From NCBI GenBank assembly GCA_964106645.2, contig OZ067043.1: 64,000 nucleotides of DNA; one strand, 5' to 3'. The position numbers and the translations under genes are program-made. This DNA comes from Podarcis pityusensis. Lineage: Eukaryota. This document shows positions 51,816 through 62,802 of the stretch, piece by piece. The notes below the pieces were generated by a model. The model ran no database searches. It was not told the DNA's origin and saw nothing but the letters and a program-made list of their open reading frames with translations. Every line of letters begins with the position of its first letter. The first letter of the stretch is position 1.

Positions 51816-51825
51816 CCAAATATGG
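51816..51825. promoter_or_regulatory. CArG box / serum response element
   Basis: CCAAATATGG is a perfect CC(A/T)6GG, ~1.7 kb upstream of the TATA box. A distal SRE about 2 kb upstream is established for mammalian Cyr61. Copy at 58610-58619. Confidence 0.8.
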
Positions 51826-53363
51826 AAATATTGTTACGTCTGGTGTCTGAATCGCCATCTGGAAATACTTACGGCGATGAAGGAGGGTTGAAAGACGCCA
51901 CAACAGAAGCTAGGAACACCTCTGTGTCGTCGTCGTGCCCTCCACGATAATAATAAAAAAAACCCCAAATCCTAAAACCAGAGAAGATGCATTAGGAAAG
52001 AAACTTAACCGAAGAGGAAAATACTATAAGCAAACAAACAAACCCCCAAAACCCATAAACAACAGGCTTGCAAAGGACGGCGTGTTCTGAAGGCCCGCCA
52101 TCGCTTTTAAATGACTTATTATGGGAGCCCACGTTCACCAAAGTGTTTGCCTTCCGCGTAATTAAAGAGCCAATAAGGAACTTTCGGATTTATTTATTTA
52201 TTTACGTATTTTGAACAGAACGTCGTAGGTGTATTGCAATATATGGTTTATCATCTGCATAGCTTTCAAAACATTCTCCACATTATAGTAAAAAATAAAT
52301 AAATTATTTGAATACTGCTAAGCCGGGACATGCAGGGTAGGCGCTGCTTTATTCTAATTGCTTATCATTCCACGCTAGAGTGGAAGGTCACGGAGAGTTC
52401 ATTGTTCCATAGGAACCACTTTCAATTTTGCTTTTATTGAAGCAGATTTCACACACACGGTCACAGCCCTCTTCAAGACAGATCAAGAATCATAAAAGGG
52501 ACCTTTAAAAAGGGTGTGTGTGTTTTTTTACTCTCAGCGTCTCGAAATTCTTGCAGCAACATCCCAAGTTTAAAGATTATCAGCTTAAAAGGTAGAGAGA
52601 GATAAGAAAAGCCGAACCTTTTCCCTGAAAAGCTGGAAACATTTGCAGCGTGGAGGTCTGGCTAGCTGCTTTTCGAGCCATCGAAATGTGCCAATTAAAC
52701 CCAGAGAAGTTAATTAATAGCTGCAGGGCGAGGGAGCTGCTGGAGACGTTCTGCTTGATATGACCTCAAATAGCGGAAACGGAGCTTCCGAGATCAAGGT
52801 AACCGAAGGTAAAAATAATAATCCATAACCCAAAAACTTAAGGGCATAAGAGGACCCCTCCCCCTTCCTGGGACCGGTCCAAACAACGGGGAGTAATTTC
52901 TTTTGCCCATGCCCCATTCAAAAAAAATATATACAAATTTAAACGACGCCATCTGGGTCTTAGTTAAGGGATACACTTTTTCATTCCACTATTAGATCAA
53001 ATCCGAGTGTCTTAAGAAATTTGCATGCCTCTTCCCCCTCCCCCTCAACCCCCCCTCCTCTTTAATCTTCAATAGCATATAAGCTATTTAGCAAACACAC
53101 CGGGACAATATGTCTAACGCACTTGTTTCCTAGGCTGCAAATGGGGAAAGTTTCGGGGGGGGGGGGCAAAGAGAAGAAATCTTTATAGCCAAGCAAAATA
53201 TTTTCTACCACCCACCCACCAAAAAAAAAAAGGAGAGGCGTGCGTGTTGCGATATTACAATCTATAACTCCGCGATTGTTTAAAAGCGTTGGAAAGGGGA
53301 GGGGAGGGAGAACCTGTTTTCTTGCTTGTGAGACGGCGAGGGGGAAAAAGTGCAGCTTAGACA

Positions 53364-53494
53364 GGGCGGAGCTTGGACGCAAACCGCGCCAAGGAAACAT
53401 TCCTGAGATGCCTTACAATTCCTGGTGCTTTAGAATTCTGGAACGCTCAACGTCAGTGCAGCTGCAGCACGCGGCGCCTGCACACTATATAAGG
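53364..53494 (+). promoter_or_regulatory. CCN1 proximal promoter
   Basis: GC box GGGCGG 53364-53369, TEAD/MCAT CATTCC 53398-53403, half-CRE CGTCA 53451-53455, TATATAA 53486-53492. It is followed by a CpG-rich, ATG-free 5' leader. Duplicated at +6794. Confidence 0.85.
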
Positions 53495-53833
53495 CTGCTC
53501 CCTCTCGGAGCCTCCTCAGACGGCAAAGGGATCCCCGGGAAAGTGCGCGGCGCCACGAGCAGAGGGAGCCAAGAGAAAGCAGCCGAGTCCTCCTCTCCGC
53601 CTTCCCCGCAAGAGAAGCAAGGCGAGCCCCCGAGGCTTTCCAGGACTCGCGACTCTCTCTTTAAAACAACAACAACAACAAAAAAAGTCACCGCCACTTC
53701 GCTCAGACAAACACCGAGAAATCGTTTAGGTCCTACTTTCCCTCTCTCTCTCTCTCTGTTCAAGTTTGCTTCTGGCTGAAGAAGAGAGAGAAGAGACCAG
53801 AAATCCTTCGCCTTAAAAAAAAGGGAACCGAAG

Positions 53834-53896
53834 ATGAACTCTCAGAGAACCAGCTGTTTCGTCCTGGCTTTTGCACTCCTTCAGTTAGTAAACAGG
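53834..53896 (+). CDS. CCN1: CCN1 copy 1 exon 1 coding part (signal peptide)
   Basis: aagATGaac start, 21 codons, donor AGG|gtaggt; missing from the ORF track because it is short. Confidence 0.9.
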
Positions 53897-56008
53897 GTAG
53901 GTGTGGACGTTTCTTTCTCATTTGCTGAGGATTCTTGCCTTCTCTGGTCTGCTGTGGGCAGAAAGGTGTGTTTTTTTTAAAAAATAAGATATAGTGTGGC
54001 TTTGGGGACGCATATACTTAAGTTGGGAGAAGGCAGAGGCAGCCGGCACGCCTGTTGTGAGGGAAGGGAGGAGAATGTATTCTTGCCAGTTCATAGAAAT
54101 ATAAGGAACTTGAGCTCTGAAGTGGCAATGATCAAAGGTGACGTGCCTGTGTTTTTGGTCTGCATTTATGGCAGGGAGGCCGACTGTTTCCTGCTTTGCT
54201 CAGTTGTACCTGTTTGTGTCTCACCAAACTTTTTATCCATCTCTCCTCCCCAGGTGCTTTCTTCTTCTTGCCCAGCTGCTTGCCAATGCCCCCTGGAGGT
54301 CCCCAGATGTGCCCCGGGAGTCGGTCTGGTCCTGGACGGCTGTGGATGTTGTAAAGTCTGTGCTAAACAGCTCAACGAGGACTGCAGCAAGACGCAGCCT
54401 TGCGATCACACCAAGGGACTGGAATGCAATTTCGGCGCCAGCTCCACAGCTCCGAAGGGGATCTGCAGAGGTAAAAACCTTGTGGCTTTGGCTCCCTTTG
54501 AAGTGTATATATATAAATATATATATTACCAACCAGTCCTTGTAGCGGTGAAGTTTAGTAATTTTCAGTCCATGTATGGTTATGCTTTGTTGTTGGTAGA
54601 TTGGCAAAAGGGCATATGACTTCAACAGTCTGGAATGCAATTCACTATGTCTGGGCTGCACTAACAGCGCATAAGGAAAAGTGATTCCTGACTAACTTAT
54701 TGTTCTAGCCTAGAGCTCTTGGGGATTGCAGGGAACTTTACCATAAATCGAATTTAACAGAGCAGAAAGAAAAGGGGGGGGGGAGAAACACACACCCTGC
54801 TTCAGCAGTCTGAGCCCCCATTTACAACTCTCTCCTCTTTCCTAATCTTTGCAGCACAATCAGAAGGGAGACCCTGTGAGTACAACTCCAAAATCTACCA
54901 GAACGGAGAAAGTTTCCAGCCCAACTGCAAGCACCAGTGCACATGCATCGATGGAGCGGTTGGCTGTATCCCGCTGTGCCCCCAAGAACTCTCCCTTCCT
55001 AACTTGGGCTGCCCTAACCCAAGGCTAGTGAAAGTCCCTGGCCAGTGCTGCGAGGAATGGGTCTGTGATGACTCCAAAGATAACCTGGATGACCTGCAAG
55101 GTTTCATGGACAAAGAGTTTGGTCGGGATGCTTCCGAAGGAGAGCTAACCAGGAACAATGAGCTCATAGCCATCGTGAAAGGAGGGCTGAAAATGTTACC
55201 CGGTGAGTTTTAAGATGACCAGGGTCATGTTGTTCTTCTGCCAGGGAGGGGGAAGGGGGATTACCACTGGAAATTCTTTAGTGTGGGGGGATTATCTACA
55301 GTGTTTTGCTATGCATGTTGATGAGAAGAGAAACAAAGAGCTTGTAAGAATGAGAAATTTATACTCTCCCCCGCTTTCTTTTAGTCTTTGAATCTGAGCC
55401 ACGCACTCACTTCTTTGAGAACCCAAAGTGCATTGTGCAGACAACCTCGTGGTCCCAGTGCTCAAAGACCTGTGGGACGGGCGTCTCCACCCGAGTCACC
55501 AACGATAATCCCGACTGCAGACTAGTCAAAGAGACCAGGATATGTGAAGTGAGACCCTGCGGACAACCGAGCTATGACTCCTTAAAGGTAAAAACAACAC
55601 AGCCCCCTTTACCGTCCCACAACAATTCCCAGTTTGTTCTTTGGGGGTGGAGGGAGCCTTTTGGCTGGAATTGCAACCTAACTTACGCTGTTGATCTCTT
55701 CCTTCCAGAAGGGGAAGAAATGCACAAAGACCAAGAAGTCCCAAGAGCCAGTCAAGTTCACTTACGCAGGTTGTTCCAGCGTAAAGAAGTACCGGCCCAA
55801 GTACTGCGGCTCATGTGTGGACAGCAGATGCTGCACGCCTCAGCAGACCAGGACTGTCAAGATCCGATTCCGCTGCGACGACGGAGAGACCTTCACTAAA
55901 AACGTCATGATGATCCAGTCTTGCAGATGCAACTACAACTGCCCCCATGCAAACGAGGCCTATCCTAATTACCGGCTATTCAATGACATCCACAAATTTA
56001 GGGACTAG
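53834..56008 (+). CDS. CCN1: Cellular communication network factor 1 (CYR61/CCN1), copy 1; join(53834..53896,54254..54470,54855..55202,55385..55587,55709..56008), 1131 nt, 376 aa
   Basis: All four introns are GT-AG and the phases close in frame (63+217+348+203+300). Domains: signal peptide [24 protein letters not shown]; IGFBP (CPAACQCP...GCGCCKVC); VWC ([31 protein letters not shown]); TSP1 ([16 protein letters not shown]); cystine knot ([11 protein letters not shown]...YRPKYCGSC). The C-terminus [11 protein letters not shown] is typical of CYR61. Confidence 0.97.
54254..54470 (+). CDS. CCN1: CCN1 copy 1 exon 2 (IGFBP domain)
   Basis: Acceptor ctccccag|GTG; [12 protein letters not shown]...GICR; donor G|gtaaaa. 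Confidence 0.95.
54855..55202 (+). CDS. CCN1: CCN1 copy 1 exon 3 (VWC domain and hinge)
   Basis: Acceptor ctttgcag|CA; [20 protein letters not shown]...GLKMLP; donor G|gtgagt. Confidence 0.95.
55385..55587 (+). CDS. CCN1: CCN1 copy 1 exon 4 (TSP1 domain)
   Basis: Acceptor cttttag|TC; [30 protein letters not shown]...SYDSLK; donor AAG|gtaaaa. Confidence 0.95.
55709..56008 (+). CDS. CCN1: CCN1 copy 1 exon 5 coding part (cystine-knot domain)
   Basis: Acceptor ccttccag|AAG; [10 protein letters not shown]...HKFRD then TAG. Confidence 0.95.
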   Translation, partial: KGKKCTKTKKSQEPVKFTYAGCSSVKKYRPKYCGSCVDSRCCTPQQTRTVKIRFRCDDGETFTKNVMMIQSCRCNYNCPHANEAYPNYRLFNDIHKFRD

Positions 56009-56479
56009 GTTGTGATTTGTGCAGGCTTGAGCGGAAGGCTTGCTCCAATTTTTTTTTTTTTTTTTTTTGAAGTAACAGTGGAGAAATGAACTCTTACGGA
56101 AGTGGTGCGTTTGTCCATTGGAGGGCAACACTGAGACACACAAAAAATGCACTGTGCAACTGGATACTAATGCAACAGTTTGAGCATACTTAAAGCTTCA
56201 TAGTACTGGAGCAATCTTATTGCTTCATTTTGGAGCACTTTCATGATGACTGATTTCTGTTTGTAACTGATCTGTTTATACTTTGTCCGTCTGTTCCGGT
56301 TATGAAAACCTTCATTTTCTTACTGTTCAACATAATATCATGCTTTAGTTGTTGTTCCAAACTTTTGTTCGAGGTTACATTCCTTCCTATGGTGGGCACT
56401 TTTGGAGTCCTCGCCTATGGCAGCTATAGGCACCAGCTATATATTTCATACCCACAAACAGAAATCGGTTCTTTTTAAA

Positions 56480-56640
56480 GCTGAATATTTTATTTATCAA
56501 AATGTAGCTTTTTTGTTTTTTTGGAGGAAAAAAAAATCCCTAATACTGGAATAAGTTGTAAATGATTTAATTTTATATTCAATGAATTAAGAGAATTTAT
56601 TTATGAAATTAATCATTTAATAAAGAAATATTTACCTAAT
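56480..56640 (+). terminator. CCN1 3'UTR AU-rich elements and polyadenylation signal
   Basis: Several ATTTA pentamers (including ATTTATTTA at about 56595) and AATAAA at 56619-56624, followed by T/GT-rich sequence. Duplicated at +6794. Confidence 0.75.
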
Positions 56641-57740
56641 TTCATTTTTAATATGGTGTGTTGATTTAGGGAAGCAGGAGATGCTTATGGAATTTTAGAT
56701 GGCTATGGGAAGCAATTTCTAAGAAAAGTTAGTCTCACTAAACTTATTAGCACTAGAGGGCTTCCTTTCAACTAAACATGTTCAGCATTGGCTTTTGAGG
56801 CTGCAATCTTATACACACTTATCTGGGAGTAAGTTCCATTGAACTCAGTGCGGTTTATAAATAGACATGTATAGCATTGCATTGTTAGACTTACTTTAGT
56901 TCTGCCATCATTTTACCAAAGAAGTTAGTAGCTCTTGCTCGATTAAATTATACATATCTTTGTACTTGTAATCTTTAAACACAGCATTGTGCTTGTTCCA
57001 GGTCAGTTCTTAAGGATTCTAAATCAGATCATATACTGATTGTTAAGTACACCGTGAAGCCAAAGTATTTTTTCATTATTGATGGCATTTCTCTAAAATG
57101 CAACTCACTCTGCAGCTAAATAGGTTGTTGCTAGTGCTTTTAAGGATTTCTACTGCTGCTGCTTCTTGCAGATGAATACATTTCTTTGTTTGTGGGGGAA
57201 AGGTTTCCTTCAGTCTGCAGGAGGTAGTTTGCTTTCACTAAATTCAAACTTAAATGAGCTTGAAGCAATTAGTGGTGTTAATCCTAAATAACATGGTGAT
57301 TAAAAGTAAACATGTTGTTAAAAAGGAAAAGAATGCTAGGAATTCATAGTATTTTTCCAGCAGGCCAATAACTAGCCTCTCCTTTTGCCTCTGCTTCTCT
57401 CCCCACCCCCCTACAATGTAACGTCGTCGAAGAGAGAGTAAAGGAAACAGAACTATTCAAAAGGAACAGAAAGCGAAAACTTATATTTATTGGTAAGTCT
57501 CAACTGAGTTCAATGAGGCTTCCTCCCAAGGAAGTGGATCTAGGTGTGTAGCCAAAGTCTAAACAATTTCAATCCTATTTTCTGGTGTTCAGAGTGCTTC
57601 AGAGTCCATAATTTATCAATCCTCAACAATCCAGCAACAAAGCTAATTTATATTTCCATTCATAGTTGGGGGCTTAGAGCTGATGGACTGGGACTTGTGC
57701 AAGGCCATTCGGCAAGCAGAGCTCACACAAATGCTATATA

Positions 57741-58070
57741 AAGGTAAAGGTAAAGGTAAAGGGACCCCTGACCATTAGGTCCAGTCATGACCGACTCTGG
57801 GGTTGCAGCGCTCATCTCGCTTTATTGGCCGAGGGAGCCAGCATACAGCTTCTGGGTCATGTGGCCAGCATGTCTAAGCCACTTCTGGTGAACCAGAGCA
57901 GCACACGGAAACGTCGTTTACCTTCCCGCTGGAGTGGTACCTATTTATCTACTTGCACTTTGACGTGCTTTCGAACTGCTAGGTTGGCAGGAGCTGGGAC
58001 CGAGCAACGGGAGCTCACCCCGTCGCGGGGATTCGAACCGCCGACCTTCTGATCGGCAAGTCCTAGGCTC
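57741..58070 (-). mobile_element. Sauria SINE truncated by the gap
   Basis: (AAAGGT)n tail and body; the 5' head is lost in the N run. Confidence 0.9.
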
Positions 58071-58270
58071 NNNNNNNNNNNNNNNNNNNNNNNNNNNNNN
58101 NNNNNNNNNNNNNNNNNNNNNNNNNNNNNNNNNNNNNNNNNNNNNNNNNNNNNNNNNNNNNNNNNNNNNNNNNNNNNNNNNNNNNNNNNNNNNNNNNNNN
58201 NNNNNNNNNNNNNNNNNNNNNNNNNNNNNNNNNNNNNNNNNNNNNNNNNNNNNNNNNNNNNNNNNNNNNN
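58071..58270. other. Assembly gap (200 N)
   Basis: Run of N of round-number length, suggesting an unsized scaffold join. Confidence 0.99.
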
Positions 58271-58380
58271 GCCAGCAAAGGATATTTCTTCAAAGTTATG
58301 TATTTGTCACTAACAGGCCAGCAAAGCCACAATGCAATTCCTCCTAAACCATAATAGGTAGATTGCGTGAAGGACGGGGG

Positions 58381-58439
<59 letters not shown>

Positions 58440-60627
58440 GGGGGGGGGTGTAGAGAGGAGAAGAAAAACACCCCACCAAGAATTCCGAAGAATTTCCTGC
58501 CCTGGGAACAAAAGTGAAGTCTATATTTAACAACATCTGAAGCTGTCAAGAATGCTTTGTGGTTGGGTAACAGTGCAGAAAAATGTGGAAAATGCGGACT
58601 ACTGCTCGACCAAATATGGAAATATTGTTACGTCTGGTGTCTGAATCGCCATCTGGAAATACTTACGGCGATGAAGGAGGGTTGAAAGACGCCACAACAG
58701 AAGCTAGGAACACCTCTGTGTCGTCGTCGTGCCCTCCACGATAATAATAAAAAAAACCCCAAATCCTAAAACCAGAGAAGATGCATTAGGAAAGAAACTT
58801 AACCGAAGAGGAAAATACTATAAGCAAACAAACAAACCCCCAAAACCCATAAACAACAGGCTTGCAAAGGACGGCGTGTTCTGAAGGCCCGCCATCGCTT
58901 TTAAATGACTTATTATGGGAGCCCACGTTCACCAAAGTGTTTGCCTTCCGCGTAATTAAAGAGCCAATAAGGAACTTTCGGATTTATTTATTTATTTACG
59001 TATTTTGAACAGAACGTCGTAGGTGTATTGCAATATATGGTTTATCATCTGCATAGCTTTCAAAACATTCTCCACATTATAGTAAAAAATAAATAAATTA
59101 TTTGAATACTGCTAAGCCGGGACATGCAGGGTAGGCGCTGCTTTATTCTAATTGCTTATCATTCCACGCTAGAGTGGAAGGTCACGGAGAGTTCATTGTT
59201 CCATAGGAACCACTTTCAATTTTGCTTTTATTGAAGCAGATTTCACACACACGGTCACAGCCCTCTTCAAGACAGATCAAGAATCATAAAAGGGACCTTT
59301 AAAAAGGGTGTGTGTGTTTTTTTACTCTCAGCGTCTCGAAATTCTTGCAGCAACATCCCAAGTTTAAAGATTATCAGCTTAAAAGGTAGAGAGAGATAAG
59401 AAAAGCCGAACCTTTTCCCTGAAAAGCTGGAAACATTTGCAGCGTGGAGGTCTGGCTAGCTGCTTTTCGAGCCATCGAAATGTGCCAATTAAACCCAGAG
59501 AAGTTAATTAATAGCTGCAGGGCGAGGGAGCTGCTGGAGACGTTCTGCTTGATATGACCTCAAATAGCGGAAACGGAGCTTCCGAGATCAAGGTAACCGA
59601 AGGTAAAAATAATAATCCATAACCCAAAAACTTAAGGGCATAAGAGGACCCCTCCCCCTTCCTGGGACCGGTCCAAACAACGGGGAGTAATTTCTTTTGC
59701 CCATGCCCCATTCAAAAAAAATATATACAAATTTAAACGACGCCATCTGGGTCTTAGTTAAGGGATACACTTTTTCATTCCACTATTAGATCAAATCCGA
59801 GTGTCTTAAGAAATTTGCATGCCTCTTCCCCCTCCCCCTCAACCCCCCCTCCTCTTTAATCTTCAATAGCATATAAGCTATTTAGCAAACACACCGGGAC
59901 AATATGTCTAACGCACTTGTTTCCTAGGCTGCAAATGGGGAAAGTTTCGGGGGGGGGGGGCAAAGAGAAGAAATCTTTATAGCCAAGCAAAATATTTTCT
60001 ACCACCCACCCACCAAAAAAAAAAAGGAGAGGCGTGCGTGTTGCGATATTACAATCTATAACTCCGCGATTGTTTAAAAGCGTTGGAAAGGGGAGGGGAG
60101 GGAGAACCTGTTTTCTTGCTTGTGAGACGGCGAGGGGGAAAAAGTGCAGCTTAGACAGGGCGGAGCTTGGACGCAAACCGCGCCAAGGAAACATTCCTGA
60201 GATGCCTTACAATTCCTGGTGCTTTAGAATTCTGGAACGCTCAACGTCAGTGCAGCTGCAGCACGCGGCGCCTGCACACTATATAAGGCTGCTCCCTCTC
60301 GGAGCCTCCTCAGACGGCAAAGGGATCCCCGGGAAAGTGCGCGGCGCCACGAGCAGAGGGAGCCAAGAGAAAGCAGCCGAGTCCTCCTCTCCGCCTTCCC
60401 CGCAAGAGAAGCAAGGCGAGCCCCCGAGGCTTTCCAGGACTCGCGACTCTCTCTTTAAAACAACAACAACAACAAAAAAAGTCACCGCCACTTCGCTCAG
60501 ACAAACACCGAGAAATCGTTTAGGTCCTACTTTCCCTCTCTCTCTCTCTCTGTTCAAGTTTGCTTCTGGCTGAAGAAGAGAGAGAAGAGACCAGAAATCC
60601 TTCGCCTTAAAAAAAAGGGAACCGAAG

Positions 60628-60690
60628 ATGAACTCTCAGAGAACCAGCTGTTTCGTCCTGGCTTTTGCACTCCTTCAGTTAGTAAACAGG
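60628..60690 (+). CDS. CCN1: CCN1 copy 2 exon 1 coding part
   Basis: Matches 53834-53896. Confidence 0.8.
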
Positions 60691-62802
60691 GTAGGTGTGG
60701 ACGTTTCTTTCTCATTTGCTGAGGATTCTTGCCTTCTCTGGTCTGCTGTGGGCAGAAAGGTGTGTTTTTTTTAAAAAATAAGATATAGTGTGGCTTTGGG
60801 GACGCATATACTTAAGTTGGGAGAAGGCAGAGGCAGCCGGCACGCCTGTTGTGAGGGAAGGGAGGAGAATGTATTCTTGCCAGTTCATAGAAATATAAGG
60901 AACTTGAGCTCTGAAGTGGCAATGATCAAAGGTGACGTGCCTGTGTTTTTGGTCTGCATTTATGGCAGGGAGGCCGACTGTTTCCTGCTTTGCTCAGTTG
61001 TACCTGTTTGTGTCTCACCAAACTTTTTATCCATCTCTCCTCCCCAGGTGCTTTCTTCTTCTTGCCCAGCTGCTTGCCAATGCCCCCTGGAGGTCCCCAG
61101 ATGTGCCCCGGGAGTCGGTCTGGTCCTGGACGGCTGTGGATGTTGTAAAGTCTGTGCTAAACAGCTCAACGAGGACTGCAGCAAGACGCAGCCTTGCGAT
61201 CACACCAAGGGACTGGAATGCAATTTCGGCGCCAGCTCCACAGCTCCGAAGGGGATCTGCAGAGGTAAAAACCTTGTGGCTTTGGCTCCCTTTGAAGTGT
61301 ATATATATAAATATATATATTACCAACCAGTCCTTGTAGCGGTGAAGTTTAGTAATTTTCAGTCCATGTATGGTTATGCTTTGTTGTTGGTAGATTGGCA
61401 AAAGGGCATATGACTTCAACAGTCTGGAATGCAATTCACTATGTCTGGGCTGCACTAACAGCGCATAAGGAAAAGTGATTCCTGACTAACTTATTGTTCT
61501 AGCCTAGAGCTCTTGGGGATTGCAGGGAACTTTACCATAAATCGAATTTAACAGAGCAGAAAGAAAAGGGGGGGGGGAGAAACACACACCCTGCTTCAGC
61601 AGTCTGAGCCCCCATTTACAACTCTCTCCTCTTTCCTAATCTTTGCAGCACAATCAGAAGGGAGACCCTGTGAGTACAACTCCAAAATCTACCAGAACGG
61701 AGAAAGTTTCCAGCCCAACTGCAAGCACCAGTGCACATGCATCGATGGAGCGGTTGGCTGTATCCCGCTGTGCCCCCAAGAACTCTCCCTTCCTAACTTG
61801 GGCTGCCCTAACCCAAGGCTAGTGAAAGTCCCTGGCCAGTGCTGCGAGGAATGGGTCTGTGATGACTCCAAAGATAACCTGGATGACCTGCAAGGTTTCA
61901 TGGACAAAGAGTTTGGTCGGGATGCTTCCGAAGGAGAGCTAACCAGGAACAATGAGCTCATAGCCATCGTGAAAGGAGGGCTGAAAATGTTACCCGGTGA
62001 GTTTTAAGATGACCAGGGTCATGTTGTTCTTCTGCCAGGGAGGGGGAAGGGGGATTACCACTGGAAATTCTTTAGTGTGGGGGGATTATCTACAGTGTTT
62101 TGCTATGCATGTTGATGAGAAGAGAAACAAAGAGCTTGTAAGAATGAGAAATTTATACTCTCCCCCGCTTTCTTTTAGTCTTTGAATCTGAGCCACGCAC
62201 TCACTTCTTTGAGAACCCAAAGTGCATTGTGCAGACAACCTCGTGGTCCCAGTGCTCAAAGACCTGTGGGACGGGCGTCTCCACCCGAGTCACCAACGAT
62301 AATCCCGACTGCAGACTAGTCAAAGAGACCAGGATATGTGAAGTGAGACCCTGCGGACAACCGAGCTATGACTCCTTAAAGGTAAAAACAACACAGCCCC
62401 CTTTACCGTCCCACAACAATTCCCAGTTTGTTCTTTGGGGGTGGAGGGAGCCTTTTGGCTGGAATTGCAACCTAACTTACGCTGTTGATCTCTTCCTTCC
62501 AGAAGGGGAAGAAATGCACAAAGACCAAGAAGTCCCAAGAGCCAGTCAAGTTCACTTACGCAGGTTGTTCCAGCGTAAAGAAGTACCGGCCCAAGTACTG
62601 CGGCTCATGTGTGGACAGCAGATGCTGCACGCCTCAGCAGACCAGGACTGTCAAGATCCGATTCCGCTGCGACGACGGAGAGACCTTCACTAAAAACGTC
62701 ATGATGATCCAGTCTTGCAGATGCAACTACAACTGCCCCCATGCAAACGAGGCCTATCCTAATTACCGGCTATTCAATGACATCCACAAATTTAGGGACT
62801 AG
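60628..62802 (+). CDS. CCN1: CCN1 copy 2, apparently identical; join(60628..60690,61048..61264,61649..61996,62179..62381,62503..62802); probable assembly false duplication
   Basis: Same sequence as copy 1 at a constant +6794 offset. ORF-track translations are identical. The block follows a 200-N gap. Confidence 0.85.
61048..61264 (+). CDS. CCN1: CCN1 copy 2 exon 2
   Basis: Matches 54254-54470. Confidence 0.85.
61649..61996 (+). CDS. CCN1: CCN1 copy 2 exon 3
   Basis: Matches 54855-55202. Confidence 0.85.
62179..62381 (+). CDS. CCN1: CCN1 copy 2 exon 4
   Basis: Matches 55385-55587. Confidence 0.85.
62503..62802 (+). CDS. CCN1: CCN1 copy 2 exon 5 coding part
   Basis: Matches 55709-56008. Confidence 0.85.
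   Translation, partial: KGKKCTKTKKSQEPVKFTYAGCSSVKKYRPKYCGSCVDSRCCTPQQTRTVKIRFRCDDGETFTKNVMMIQSCRCNYNCPHANEAYPNYRLFNDIHKFRD

Noticed and set aside
53240-53779. 179-aa ORF over the CCN1 promoter/5'UTR
   Set aside because: Starts at GTG upstream of the TATA box, has no recognisable homology, and is expected in GC-rich sequence.
53996-54619. 207-aa ORF as a standalone protein
   Set aside because: It is CCN1 exon 2 with in-frame intron read-through on both sides and a non-ATG start.
60628-62802. Diverged CCN1 paralogue
   Set aside because: No substitutions seen even in introns and UTR, so it cannot be an old paralogue.
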